NCBI GenBank assembly: GCA_950097015.1
Contig: CATNEN010000009.1
Location: 806,001 to 870,000, forward strand
Length of the DNA stretch: 64,000 bases
Reading direction: 5' to 3'
From: Macrostomum hystrix
Taxonomy: Eukaryota > Animalia > Platyhelminthes
Part shown: one piece after another, positions 13,367 through 25,579 of the stretch
Layout: each line of letters starts with the position of its first letter
How positions within the stretch are numbered: position 1 is the stretch's first letter
The notes under the pieces: generated by a model
The model's input: the letters and a program-made list of their open reading frames with translations, nothing else
The model's database searches: none
Told to the model about the DNA's origin: nothing
Position numbers and translations under genes: made by a program

Positions 13367-13638
13367 GACCCGGTGCGGTAGAGTTGCCTGCGGCTGACTG
13401 GAAGCCAGCGGGTGGTGGTGGTGATGGTGGTGATGGTGGTGGTGGTGCGGGTTCAGGTTCTCCTTGGAGGAGCACTGGCTAGAGACATTGCTGCTCTCTG
13501 GCGTGTTGGTGCCGTAGCCAGAGGAGGGCAGCGAGGCCAGGGACCAGCGCCGGACATCCGACTTGCGGCTCTCGGCGCGCAGGTGTGCTGGCAGGTAGTG
13601 AATTGAGGGGCTGCCACGCGGACTGTCCACCGGGCTGC
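5712..13638 (-). CDS. MAST: Microtubule-associated Ser/Thr kinase (MAST family) core: DUF1908, kinase, AGC C-terminus, PDZ
   Basis: Exons 13638-13214, 12992-12591, 12304-12035, 11745-11470, 11219-10764, 10211-9478, 7829-7430 and 7070-6442 all have GT-AG ends and compatible phases. Motifs: [99 protein letters not shown]. The last two exons (6255-6213, 5807-5712) are tentative; otherwise the ORF stops at 6435. Confidence 0.93.
5829..6222. repeat. 34-bp minisatellite (GATACAGCAGTCCCTGAAGGACTGGATGGGATAA)n
   Basis: About 12 tandem copies; each unit contains the inverted repeat AGTCC/GGACT. Confidence 0.95.
7187..7377 (-). mobile_element. Partial copy of the same SINE family in a MAST intron
   Basis: Shares GCTGTTCAGTCCATGGACTGG, CTGAAGCACT..AGAGTT..GTCTTGCTAAAGGACACA and GTCGGGAATCGAACCC with the 43.2-43.5 kb copy. 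Confidence 0.75.
8060..8385. repeat. 18-bp minisatellite (GAGATGCAAGGTGGAGGT)n with degenerate flank
   Basis: Tandem copies visible directly. Confidence 0.9.
9045..9330. repeat. Degenerate GGTCATACACAGGTAA-type tandem repeat
   Basis: Recurrent GGTCAT at near-regular spacing. Confidence 0.75.
10253..10766. repeat. 20-bp minisatellite (GCTACTCACAGCCACCCCAA)n filling a MAST kinase-domain intron
   Basis: About 25 copies; the first minus-strand unit overlaps the real donor. Confidence 0.95.
11261..11453. repeat. 24-bp (12-bp subunit) repeat CTGATGACCAGCTTAATGACCAAA
   Basis: Tandem copies in intron 11220-11469. Confidence 0.9.
11810..12002. repeat. 20-bp repeat ATCAATCCATCAATGAGTTG
   Basis: Tandem copies in intron 11746-12034. 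Confidence 0.9.
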
Positions 13639-13820
13639 CTGCGAAACGAATGGCGAGGTGGAAAATCAATATGGGTGGTCAGGCGGCTTGATAAGCGGGT
13701 CGACCCATTGTGCAGAGCCAATTCGAACCTTATGGATTTTTGCTATTGATTTGCTAGCCCCCATCTCTCCCAAAGAAAGGAGAGACTGGAGGAGAAAAGA
13801 GGGAGATACAGGTGACTCAC

Positions 13821-13992
13821 TGCTGCGGACCAGGAACTCCCTGGACAGGGAAGAACGCAGTGAAACATTGATATTGAGCAGGGAGCGACTCTTAGGCGCT
13901 TGCTGGTGCTGTTGGCAGTGCCTGTGCTGCCGACTGCGGTGCTGCTGCTGATGGTGCTGAACAGGTGGGGCCAAATGCTTGCTCCCGGGCAT
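13821..13992 (-). CDS. Candidate proximal alternative first exon of MAST
   Basis: ATG at 13992; H/Q-rich peptide; donor A|GTGAGT in phase 1, matching the phase-1 acceptor at 13638. Confidence 0.55.
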
Positions 13993-16249
13993 GGCAGGGT
14001 TATTGCTGGGTTAAGAGGGCAGGTGGGAAAAGGCCTCAATGGCTAAGGCTAAGACAGGCTGGAGGTAAGGTGCAGACAGGAGTGACGTAGTGGACACAGG
14101 TCTGCAACTTCCAAAGCCCGGGCCTCTGTTTTCAATACTGCCCTAACACCCCATCACCCGGCCTCCCCTCCGCTCTCATCTTTCTTCCTACTCAAAGCCT
14201 CGCCTTACCTACCAAATTACTCACACGCTGGCTAGTCTATTTGCTCCACTCCGCTGGGCCAATGAGGACCTCGGCCCAGAGAGGGAGAAAAATCTCCATA
14301 CGGGAGAAGAGTTAATGACGCGAGCAGAGGCTTAGTAATAGAGGGAGAGAGCTGGAGAGAGCAGGAGGATTTTAAGTCAATGAGAATCCATCCCATCACC
14401 CTCCCGCCACTCAGCGAGATCCCTAGAAAGAACTTTTTTTGCCTCTTCAGCTGCCAGTTTTCAATTTGGGGATTTCAACAGGGATATCCGAAGCAGAAAT
14501 GGAAAAATACGCGACATAGTAGCTCCCTGTGCGCAGACAGGATGAGGAAAGGCAAATGGGCTCATGCTAAAAAATTGGTCAGACGGGAAGTATTCAACTC
14601 CTCAAGCTGCCCCTGGAGACTGTTGGGCAAAAAACGATCGAGAAAGATGGGAGCATGGGGACCAGGTTTGGGAGAACCTGACGCGGAGGACAGACGTCAG
14701 TCCGCTATTAAAGCGTACTCCTGCACTTTATCATTCTTGCCTTGTTACCTAGCCCTGGCCCGGAGGGAATATGAGGCCCCACTAGATGTTAAAGAGGCGG
14801 AGAGGGCGCAGGCAAGAGTCTCCTCAGTCAGCTCTGATTTCCCAGAGAAGGCCATTTAATATCCCAATCCCGTCGTCCTGTCAGTTCCCCGTGCGCTTCG
14901 CATTTATCTACCGAGCTGTCTTATTTATTTGCCCTCCCATGAGCGTGAACCACACCCAGGCCATAAGCCGTTCGCCTCCCAAAGCCTCAGACACCGGCAA
15001 GCCTTCCTTACTGCGCCGGATCTGCTTCGTAAAACACACAGGCGCTTGCCTCTCTATATTATTGAGTAGCGCAGTGACGCCATTGCAGTAGGCTCTGCAC
15101 AGAGCTCCTCCCAGCTTCAGCCCAAGCCTCACGGACGCCATTAATTCCCACCATGAGGCGATGACGGCAGAACAGACAAAAAAGTTCTCGCCGATGACGC
15201 CAAAGCATGGTTATTTTTAGAAAGTCATGCATCGTCTCCATCTAATAATCCAGGCCAAAGGGAGCCTGAGACAAAGCAACCTGACCCTGGGGGTACTTTT
15301 GTGCGAGAGTGCAGCCTTGCTCCCCAACAGAAGCATCGCAGAGCTCACAAAGCAGGCAAGCGATGAGATATTCAAGATGTGTCTGTAAGTCAGTCAGAAT
15401 AATTTAGAGTTGCCAAGAGCTATAGAAGGGCGCTAGCAAAAGCAGCAACTTCAGCTGGTATACTAGTCAGGCTAAACTATTGATTTGCCTCGCCCAGCTT
15501 GCAGGCCAGAGACTCATGAGGCTCTGAGACTGCGTTGCAATTGCCAGGACAATTAGTAGAGGCCAGGCCTTGGGGCAATCAGGCGCCAGGGAGGAATGTA
15601 GAAGGAATTTTATAGTTCTGCCCAGACACAGAACTCGTGCGATTTAACACCCAAGCCGCATCAGGTCAGCGCTCTCAATGTGCCTGAACTCTCTTTCATG
15701 CTATCCAGAGATTTCATTTCCGCACACTCGCTGGCTTGCTCTCTCTCTCTCTTCCCTCCTTGCAGCAGTTCCTCGAGCTCACATTCGCCGCTGGTGCAAT
15801 TACGAGGGGCCCAACAAGCTCTGGACGGGGCTTCGCATAAAGCAGAGCTTTGATGTATGCGCAGTCCACGCAGGTGCAGTTCTCTGCCCGACTGATGAAG
15901 CTTGAAAAATAAATTTCCTCTGCAGCTGCGCGAAGAGTGTCAAACGAATCAGGCAGCCAAGGAAGAAGTTTATGGCGACAAGAACTGATTGGGAAGCAAC
16001 TGGCGCTATACTATTAAGGCAAGCCACACTGACTACGGAGTTGAAGCCCCTAAGACTAATTGCAATCAGAATCAGATACTGTTAGCACACCAGCACCAAA
16101 CAGATAACAGGCTGCTATGAATATGCACACTCTTATCAGCAAGGCGTACAGCAGTTTGGAAAGATAGAAGGCGCTTTATTTCTATAACCACCTAAAGCTG
16201 TCAAACAAAATGGGCACAGCGCAGTGCTGACAGGCGAAAAACTCATTGA

Positions 16250-17449
16250 ATGCATCGCTTATTGCGTGGAATTCTAAGGCCATCTGCCTATGCTGCCTCC
16301 GCGCTGGCGGGTGCGGCAGTGGCAGAGGCGAAGCCTGACTCCAAGCAGGAGAGTCAGAAATCGCACACTAAGTGGAATGTCCAGCCCAAGCTTCGAAATC
16401 ACCGAAGTGCGGCAGCGTCGACGACGGTGGCATCGACTCGGAGCCACATCGAGCAACGATTTACAGAGTTCGCATCGGTGGAGTTCAACGGTTCGGTGTA
16501 CATGACACCGGAGGACTTTCTGGAGTCGGTTACGCTTGAGCGGCCGAAATTTCGCCGCAGTAGGAGGATTCTTCCGGCAGTCGAGGTGGAGCGGATGCTT
16601 CGCCGAGCTCCGAGCCGCAGGCAAGCCTCAACTAAACTGATCCGCAGCCTCGGTCACGACGGCATTATCTCCTACCCGGAGTACCTGTTCCTGCTGTGCA
16701 CTCTGGCAAACGCTGAAAGCGGCTTTTCCATCGCGTTTAACATGATTGATCGAAGCCGCAACCAAAACGTGGAGAAGGCCGAGTTCGCTATCCTGAACGC
16801 CATGGTGTCTGAGTGGCGGACGGAGGAAGAGCAGAAACAGCAGCAGCAGCAGCAGCAGCAAGACACAACACTCATGAGACACTTCTTCGGCCAGTCCGGA
16901 ACAGATGGCCTGGACTTTGGCCGGTTCTCGCAGTTCATGTCCAACCTGCAGTACGAGGTGCTGGAGATCGAGTTCCTGGAGTTCACGAGGGGCCTGCCGA
17001 CCATCTCAGAGAGCGACTTCGCGAGGGTGCTGCTGCGCTACACTAACCTGTCGCCATCCACACAGGACCTGTGGGCTGAGCAGGTCCGCGAGAAGCTGGT
17101 ATACGAGGAGGGCATCAGCTTCGAGGACTTTCGACGCTTCTTCCAGTTCATCAACAGCCTGGCCGACCTCACGATGGCTCTGCGTATGTACTCCCTGGCG
17201 GGCCACGCCGTGACGCAAGAGGAATTCCAGCGCGCAGTCAAGGCCATTGTCGGCTATACACTATCACCCAGGGTGGTGACTACCGTGTTCCTCTTGTTGG
17301 ACAAGGACGGAGATGGCAGCCTCAGCTTCGACGAGCTGTTGGCCATCCTCAGAGGCCGGCTGAAGCGGCTGAGCCCAAAACTGAGTGCCACCAACAATAC
17401 GCTGGCACACTTTCGGCGATGCCTCAAACGAGAGATTCAAAGGGATTGA
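16250..17449 (+). CDS. MICU2/3: Mitochondrial calcium uptake protein, MICU2/MICU3-like (paralogue A), intronless
   Basis: Targeting-peptide-like N-terminus; FASVEFNGSVYMTPEDFLESV; GIISYPEYLFLL; EF-hand DKDGDGSLSFDEL; C-terminal FRRCLKRE with the conserved dimerisation Cys; AATAAA at 17490-17495. Confidence 0.9.
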   Translation: MHRLLRGILRPSAYAASALAGAAVAEAKPDSKQESQKSHTKWNVQPKLRNHRSAAASTTVASTRSHIEQRFTEFASVEFNGSVYMTPEDFLESVTLERPKFRRSRRILPAVEVERMLRRAPSRRQASTKLIRSLGHDGIISYPEYLFLLCTLANAESGFSIAFNMIDRSRNQNVEKAEFAILNAMVSEWRTEEEQKQQQQQQQQDTTLMRHFFGQSGTDGLDFGRFSQFMSNLQYEVLEIEFLEFTRGLPTISESDFARVLLRYTNLSPSTQDLWAEQVREKLVYEEGISFEDFRRFFQFINSLADLTMALRMYSLAGHAVTQEEFQRAVKAIVGYTLSPRVVTTVFLLLDKDGDGSLSFDELLAILRGRLKRLSPKLSATNNTLAHFRRCLKREIQRD

Positions 17450-18033
17450 GGAGGCCTGGATGGCCTCTGAGATGCATGTTTGTTTGTGCAATAAACACAA
17501 ACGCTTGATTCGTCAAAGAAGTCAATAACCAAGTCAGACCTGTAGGGCCGATAATCAATAGGTTTTTTACTTTCCAATACCCATGACTCAATGAGTTTTA
17601 TTTATCTATTTTATTAGCTTCCTGCTCATAAATAACAATAGCGAGTTCAAAAACTTAATGCGATAGCGAATGAGTAAAAATAACATTGATGCTGCAGTTT
17701 CTTGTAGTGGATGCGTTGATAGCGTGCTGCGAAGGTACTCAAGAGTGAACGAAAGCAATGCCACATCGTCGAAATTGAACTTGGCAAAAGTACATGCCAG
17801 TAATTTCGCGAAAAAAATTGCAGAAGAAGCAATCGTGCTTTTTCTGGAATCGAAACGAATGAAAACAAGAAAAAACAATACTGGTGAATGGAGATGATTT
17901 TTCTCTAAGATGAGCTCTTTTTACGGCGACTTTAGTTTTTTCTAACTTCTCTAACTGGTTTAGTTGACAAGGTCCGCACCGCCGCTGTACATACTACTCG
18001 GCAGTAGCAGCCTATCAATCAATCCATTCCCTA

Positions 18034-19455
18034 CTACTGCCGCAGCATGTTCTTCTTGACGCACTTTCGGTAGCGCTGCCACGCAAAATCGTCGCTCTCG
18101 CTGTCTGTGCCATCGCGTCGCCGAAGCCCGGCCTCGCCTTGGCCGAACAGGCTGAGAAACTCGGCGTAGGACAGCGCACCATCGCCATCGATGTCAAACA
18201 TGGCGAACACGATGGCGAGCAGTTTGGGTGAGACGCCGCGCCCAGTAGCCGCCGTGACAGCACGCTGAAAATCTTCCTGGCCGATGGACTTGCCAGCGAT
18301 GTCGTACATTCGCAGGGCGAAGAAGAGATCGTCTGTGTGCAGCAGGAACTGAAAAAACTGCAGGTACTCCTCGGCTGTGATACCGTCGGACTGCCAGACG
18401 CGGTCATCCAGCAAGGCCAGCCGGAGGCGCCGCTCGGAGCTGGACAGTCGGGTTCGCCGAAGCACGGCGCGGCCAAAGTCAATCGGCGACATGACGGTGC
18501 TGGCCGCCGCAGAGGCGCCGAGGCAGGCGCGGAACTCGGCGAGCAGCACTTCGCGCTGAAGATTGTCGGCGAAGCTGGCGAACTCAGTTGCAGAGATTGA
18601 GTCGCGAGCGTCAGAGCCGAAGAAGTGCACCATGAGGCTAGTGCTCGCGGCCGTATCGTCATAGGTGAGCAGCTCAAAGCCGGAGTCATTGGCAGCCGCG
18701 CCGGTACCGCTACCGGAAGACACTACGTGATACAATCGGCGAAACTCGTCGGCGTCCAGGCTGCCGTCACTGTTCCGGTCGAAGGCGCGAAACGCAATCT
18801 CGAAGCCGTACTTGGACTTGGCGAGAACAGTCAGCAGCAGGAGAAACTCTGGGTAGGAGATTAGGCCGTTGCGGCCGAGGTCGCGGAAGAGGTGGTCGCT
18901 GGCCCGGCGCTTTCCAGGTGTGGCGCGAAGCATCGCACGGCAGTCGGCATCCGACAGCACGTGACGACGTCGGCGACGACGCCGACGGCTGCGATCGGGA
19001 TTCGACGAGGACGCCGATTCGTCCTCTCCGTCGCCATCAAGCGCGACAGCTTCAAGAAAGTCCAGCGGGCTGAGGTAGGCCGCTCCGTTGTACTGCAACG
19101 AGGCGTACTGCAGGAATCGCCGCTCGCGCCAATTGAGCCGTCGCTTGGCGCCGTTCTGGCCGGCCTCCAAAGCCGTCTGGGCGGCTGCAACGTCGAGTCG
19201 CTGCTTGCTGACCTCGGAGTAGGCAAATGCAGCTGCTCCGCAGGCGGCAGCGGCAGCGCCAGCGACGAAAATGTAACTTCGGCGACTCCTGTCGCCGGGG
19301 AAATCGGAAGCGGAGCCTCGCGATTCGCCCTGGCCGAAGCCGCGGCTCTGCTGCCATTGCTGGCGAGTCTGTGCCACCGCCGTAAGTGTCCGAACGCTGC
19401 CGGCTGTGGCGGTAAAGCCGGAGGTGGCCATCTTGACGGCTAGTCGAAGGGCCAT
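18034..19455 (-). CDS. MICU2/3: Mitochondrial calcium uptake protein, MICU2/MICU3-like (paralogue B), intronless
   Basis: RERRFLQYASLQYNGAAYLSPLDFLEAV; GLISYPEFLLLL; EF-hands DRNSDGSLDADEF and DIDGDGALSYAEF; C-terminal YRKCVKKN Cys. Confidence 0.9.
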   Translation of the reverse strand: MALRLAVKMATSGFTATAGSVRTLTAVAQTRQQWQQSRGFGQGESRGSASDFPGDRSRRSYIFVAGAAAAACGAAAFAYSEVSKQRLDVAAAQTALEAGQNGAKRRLNWRERRFLQYASLQYNGAAYLSPLDFLEAVALDGDGEDESASSSNPDRSRRRRRRRRHVLSDADCRAMLRATPGKRRASDHLFRDLGRNGLISYPEFLLLLTVLAKSKYGFEIAFRAFDRNSDGSLDADEFRRLYHVVSSGSGTGAAANDSGFELLTYDDTAASTSLMVHFFGSDARDSISATEFASFADNLQREVLLAEFRACLGASAAASTVMSPIDFGRAVLRRTRLSSSERRLRLALLDDRVWQSDGITAEEYLQFFQFLLHTDDLFFALRMYDIAGKSIGQEDFQRAVTAATGRGVSPKLLAIVFAMFDIDGDGALSYAEFLSLFGQGEAGLRRRDGTDSESDDFAWQRYRKCVKKNMLRQ

Positions 19456-21061
19456 GCTGTCACTGTCTCTGTGTTTGCACTGGGTTCTGCCGCCCCGTCT
19501 TAACTGTGCAGATGGGACTGGACAGTCAACAGTTAGGCAGAAATGGGTCGGTCAAAGGCAGGGGATGGCTTTGCACACCTCTTAGCTAAATATTAGCAGG
19601 CGTGACGCTCGGTGCCTTGTGTGCGGCGCAGCGTTAGCTTTGACTAAAAAAATAGCAGTGTTTTACTCTACACGAGCTCTATAGGCAGTGTCTGTATAGA
19701 TTCAAAGAAGGGAGGGCAGGGCAGGGCTTGCTCTGCTCAGCTCAGCAAGAGAACAATTATAATGATGAAGCGCAGCGGGCTGGGTTGCTGGCTGCCTGCC
19801 TGGGTGAGTGTTCTGTTTTTCAGACTCGCTCCGATGCAGTTGCGGTGAACGAAGTTGAAGCGGCGGGCTGGCTGGGTTTGAGAGGCCGCTGAGGGGGTGG
19901 GCGAGGCTGGCAATACGAGCCCGGATAGGTGCTGGCAGGCCAGGGCTGAGCGGGAATCGGAGACAATGGAGAGGAGAGGAGAATTGAGGCTGGTTTGTGT
20001 TGGGGGACAGAGTGCACACACACCAACTAGTTATGCAGCAGAGGCTGGGTGAGAGAGGCAGGGACGGGCTGGTTGAGGAAGGAGGGAAGCTGAGAACAGA
20101 CCAGCCCGGCCTCAGTAAGGCGCGGAGCGGGCCCAGCAGTCCCAGTGAGACATTCGCTCAGCGTTTTGTAAGAACCAATTCCCAATTGGGGAGTTCCCGT
20201 TGGCGCCAGTCGAGCAGAACCGGGGCCGCGGACACTTGTCAAACAATTTTCTTTAATCTTGGCTCCGGCGGTCTGCCAAGCTTCTGCTGCCAGGCCGAGA
20301 GGGAAATCGATTACGAGCAGCAAAGGCATTAATCAGGAAGAGGCTATAAAATAATGCGAAGCCACCAGAGCGGATGCTGGATAGATTCGATCGAAACCCT
20401 ACAAGCACGAGCGGACGCTCGCCTTCACTAGCTTGAGGCGACGAAGAGAAGTAATTCAATTTACCTTCTCAACAAGTAAACACTAAATTATATTTATCAT
20501 CAGGGTGACTGGCTTAGAACTTAAAAATATTTACCATTCTACTTACAGTACAGTAGGTAGTAAAGTATACCATACATTCTGAAGAAATATGGTAGAAAAC
20601 GGCGGGGTAGAAATGAAGGCGTACACTGGCGCCCCAGCGAGTGTACACTGAGCGTATAGCAGAGAGCGCGCGGGTGAGGTTGGATAATAAGAGAGAGAGA
20701 CAGTTCAGGTCGCACTGGGCCAGGTGTGAGCCATGCGAGGAGGGCAGAGGCGGTGTGGAAGGAGGCCTCAGCCACTCAGCGCTACCCGCAGTGGGTTTGT
20801 AGAAAAATATCGACCCGCGGCGACGAAAAAGAAGACCAGGTAGGGAGAGAGATGGTCAGGTGAGCAGGTATTATGAGGCTTGGCAACGCCCTTGGCAACA
20901 TAGAGCTTGCTCCGTTAGAGAGAGTAAAAAAGCTTTTCTGTACATTCGGAAAAGCAAAGGCGGTCAGGGCTGCTCGGAGAAGAGCAGAAAAGGCGAAGAG
21001 CAAGCAGGGCGGAAGACTGAGTAACTGAGCACAAGGAAGACTCAGCGACTTTCAGTGCAAC

Positions 21062-22657
21062 ATGGAGGATCCGAACTTGCCGGCGGATATGGCCTCCACA
21101 ACCGGAGGCGCTGGCAGACCGCGACGACTCAAACAACTGCCAACTCTGGGTGCACCGCCGACAGCCGGCGATACTCCAGCAGCGGCTGCGGCGGCCGACC
21201 AAACAGCCGAAGGCGGAGCAGCTCCGCGGCCGCGAAGGAAGAAGAAGAGGCCGCCGACTGGGGCAGCAGCGGCTGAGGACGCATCGCCGGATCACGGCAC
21301 AGCGCCTATCAGCGCTCAGCAGCAGCTGCTGCCCGCGGGTTCAGCTGGCGATGATGGAGCAGCAGCGGGACCTTCCGGAGCAACGACAGCAGCAGCACCG
21401 AGGCCACGTCGCAAAAAGCGAAGACCGCAAGCGGCAACAGGAGCCGATGGCGAGGAGGCGCGCCGCAGTCCAGAGGGCCGCGAGGAGGACCCGGCCGCGT
21501 CTGTAGCGGCTGCCGCAGCGCCCGCACAGCGGACGCACTATATCGACGTGGAAGGCATGCCGCTGGCCAAGGCACTCGAGACGGTGCGCGCCGACGTCAT
21601 CACCCGCGAAGGCGGCGGGCGCGTCAATTTTGGCGCTGACTTCACCGATGGCAGTCCAGCTGCAGCTGGCGAGGGCAACGCTGATGACGATGACGGAGCA
21701 GCCATAGTCGGTGGTGGTGGCGGCGTCGGGGGAGGCGGAGGCGGTGGCCGCGGCGGCGAGAGCAACATGAGCGACACGATCTTCTGGCAGACGCAGGACG
21801 CCAGAACGTTCAAGGCGGAGAAGCTGGAGAAGTACCAGCAGCGGCTGGAGCAGGAGCGCAAGGAGCGCGAGCAGTACCTTGAGGTGAGCACTCGTTCGCC
21901 AACGTGAGCTCAAAGATTAGTATGCACTGATTAGAAGCACTGACACTTAACATGTATAACGTGCACAAATCACGGCCTCACAATGCAGGGCATGGTGGAA
22001 GAAGACACATCGAATCGCACTCTGAAGTGCGCTATCGGCTTCACCAAGGTTTACAATTACCTGGGCACTGTGCTGCTGGGCCTCATGCCCGGCTTCGCCC
22101 TGCTGCACACGGCCTACGTGTGGACCCTGAGCTCCAGCTACCAGACCTTCCTGGCCGACTACAGCAGCCTATCGCGGCCGATGCCCATCCTGTACTACGT
22201 GGTGCTCACGCTGATCCTGCTCAGCGTGCTGGACAGATACGACACGGGCAAGCTGGACCGGCTGTCCTGCCTGGAGTGCGCCAGCTTCCGGAACGCCGGC
22301 ATGGTGGTGCTGCTGTACGTGCCGGCCTACGTGATCAGCAACGCCATGTACCCCACCGACCAGTGGATCCAGCGGTACTCGCTTAACACCACAGCCTACG
22401 CGGGCATAGCCAATGGGGACAGCCTGGTGCAGAGCTGGCGCATCATGGACGCAGTGCGGGCCGTGCTGCTGGCCCTGGGCTGGCTGGTGGTGGCCTTCAA
22501 CCCGCAGTTCAACCGGCTGGCGTCAAACCTGGAGACCGAGCTGGACGATCTCATTGGCGACGATCATCAGCGCATGGAGATGGGCGGAGCAACCGCCACT
22601 CAGGCGGGGAAGACGCTGGCGCCCACGGCCAGGGGCAAGACTGTCACAATGGCCTAG
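21062..22657 (+). CDS. TMEM237: TMEM237-like ciliary transition-zone membrane protein (2 exons: 21062-21883, 21989-22657; about 496 aa)
   Basis: Phase-0 intron GAG|GTGAGC...TGCAG|GGC. N-terminus has RRKKKR-type basic motifs. C-terminus has four hydrophobic segments with family-like motifs (LLSVLDRYDTGK, SWRIMDAVRAVLLALGW). Family assigned from recalled similarity. Confidence 0.75.
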
Positions 22658-22869
22658 CTCGAATGCTACTGTACAAATTGTGTGTTGAGCAGCGGACTGT
22701 GGGATTTGCCTGTCCAGTTTTAGCTAAACAAATATATTAGTATTCGTGAGAGGTCATTCGCAGGATCGATTGATCGGTTTCTTAAGCAATTCAAGGCTTT
22801 TGGCCAATTTTATTAACCCGTGAATTCCGGACTCGAGGCTTGAAATTGTAACGTTCATTAAACACTTAC

Positions 22870-22904
22870 CAGCAGTGGCTGCAGCGCCTGATGACGGTCC
22901 AGAA

Positions 22905-22946
<42 letters not shown>

Positions 22947-23146
22947 GCAGTAGTCATCCGCTTTGGCGAGTGAGTCCGCGATGTTCCAGAACCTGCAGCG
23001 GCGCCTCCAGAAGCTGCCGAAGCCGAGGAGGTGCCTGCGGCTGCGGCAGCCGCGGCGGCGCTCAGCACCATGCTGCGCCTGTGGTGGCCCGCGCCGGCGG
23101 CACCTCGGTTGCTGTTGCGTCGACTCACCGCGGCGGCGAAGTCCTT
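22870..23146 (-). CDS. MAST: MAST N-terminal exon (KDF...SNR...RRSMVL...RTHSP...G)
   Basis: Acceptor TCACAG|AAG (phase 0), donor G|GTAAGT (phase 1) joining the 13638 acceptor. Peptide parallels vertebrate MAST KELSLPRR..SNRKSLI..PRPHSP..G|NSPLDSPR. Confidence 0.8.
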
Positions 23147-23814
23147 CTGTGACCATCGGAGGGAGGGAAGATTGAATGGGGCTTGAGGTAGCATTCAGCG
23201 TGTCCGCAAAAAGTTAAATATGCAAACTACACTACTGACGCTGAGGTGAGTAGTATGAGAGACAATGCAAAATAGAAAAAAGCCGCAGCCATTTACAAAT
23301 CGGCATTATTTGACAAAAATGGCGCAAATGACGCGGCCAGACGCGAGGAAAATAAAAAAGTACTTTTAAGTAATTCTCGCCCCTCTCTGAAATAAACTGA
23401 CAGGCGAATGAGTTCGTCAGTACCAAAACTCGGCGCTGGCCCCGACTTCATCGCTCCCCGATGGCCCGTAAATAATTTGTCAGCTGAAGCTGCCCCCCGC
23501 GCCCAGCCTCGGCGGAGGGCGATGAAATTCTAGACAACTTTCTTCCCCTAAAAGCGAGGCTTAGCTGGCCTTCTCTCGCAGCTCTTTTCCAGTGGAATGG
23601 GACCCAACTAGGCCTATCAAATTGTGCATTTGATTAGCTGGGGAGTTGGCACTCAAATCCCAGTCCGAATGTGGCGAAAGGAGGGCGTAGTGAGCGATGG
23701 GAGATGGGAGAAACTGACGGGATTATTAGGGGGGAACCGGTGGGCACCCGGCCGGGGGGGAGAATTCGTCACCCTATTTCGCGGGCTGAAATTCCAGAGG
23801 CCTTCGGTACTGAC

Positions 23815-23868
23815 CTGGGAGGCGGGGGACACGCTGTGTGCCAGACGGAGAGTTTCGAGTGTCCGCAT
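23815..23868 (-). CDS. Candidate short alternative first exon of MAST (MRTLETLRLAHSVSPASQ)
   Basis: ATG at 23868; strong donor CAG|GTCAGT in phase 0, compatible with the 23146 acceptor. Confidence 0.35.
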
Positions 23869-24447
23869 GTCGGTGCGCTGCTGAAGTCCGGCCAAACAAA
23901 TGCAGCCTGGTAACACTTTTAACAAGCGCCGCCTCCTATCTGCCTGAGGATCCCAGATAGCAGGCAATTTCTCCCAGAATTCCTTCCGTCATCCCCTAGC
24001 AATGATATTCAAGGGGAGGCAGGACTCAATTGCCGCTGTTGGAAGCTGCGGATGAAGATGAGGACTCGCTAGGGAGGCTGTAACATGCGCCACTGGAGCG
24101 GAATGGCCATTGCAAAGACGCACCGGGACCAGTCGATCGATCAATATCTGAGTAGCCCTGAGCAGCCCTGAGCAGCCCTGAGTAGCCCTTCTAACTCTTC
24201 TCCTTCCTCTGAGAGACTCGGCAAGGGAGGCAGCGAACTCGAAGGGCCCAAGCCGCCTCACATAGGATATTCGGGGATAAAAATCTGTTTAGGGCCGGCG
24301 CCAGCGGAGGAGAGCGAAATCTCCGGAGGGAGGCGGACGGCAAATGGGAGCCGGAGGGGAACGGCTAGACATGGGAGTTTGCGGCCAGACAGGAAGAGAT
24401 GAGGAAGCAAAACAGGACTGGCACTTCGCTACTGCTGGACTGGGGAC

Positions 24448-25143
<696 letters not shown>

Positions 25144-25579
25144 CATACAGGCTTACACCTGGAAACGGCTTGCAGCAGGGTGGTGGCGCCCATTTACTAC
25201 AATGATGAATGCAAAGGAGATCAGAGACAAAAGTCTGTCTGGGAGTCGGGTGCGCACCAAAATAGGTGAAAATATTACTTGCACGCGAGGCTCATTAAGC
25301 AGGAAATGAACGGCCTGAAACTGTCCGAGGTACAGAATTTCATTCCTAAATCCCTTTGAAGGCAAACCGCATTGTGTGGTCATAGGTGGCCAGAAAAATC
25401 CTCTCCGCCCACGGAAACTGAACACAAGGTGAAACAGGCCTTCCTAATCCGTTCTGCCCGCTGCTTTTTCTGCCAGCCATCTGCTCGGCACGTGCCAACG
25501 CAATGAAGCTGAACGGATAGGCGGAACGCGGGGGAGGTAGGTGGGTACGAAGGAGAGAGAAGAGAGATTTGCAGACTGA

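Noticed and set aside
6260-23194. Numerous overlapping alternative-frame and antisense ORFs over MAST, MICU and TMEM237
   Set aside because: Expected shadows of GC-rich, low-complexity coding sequence.
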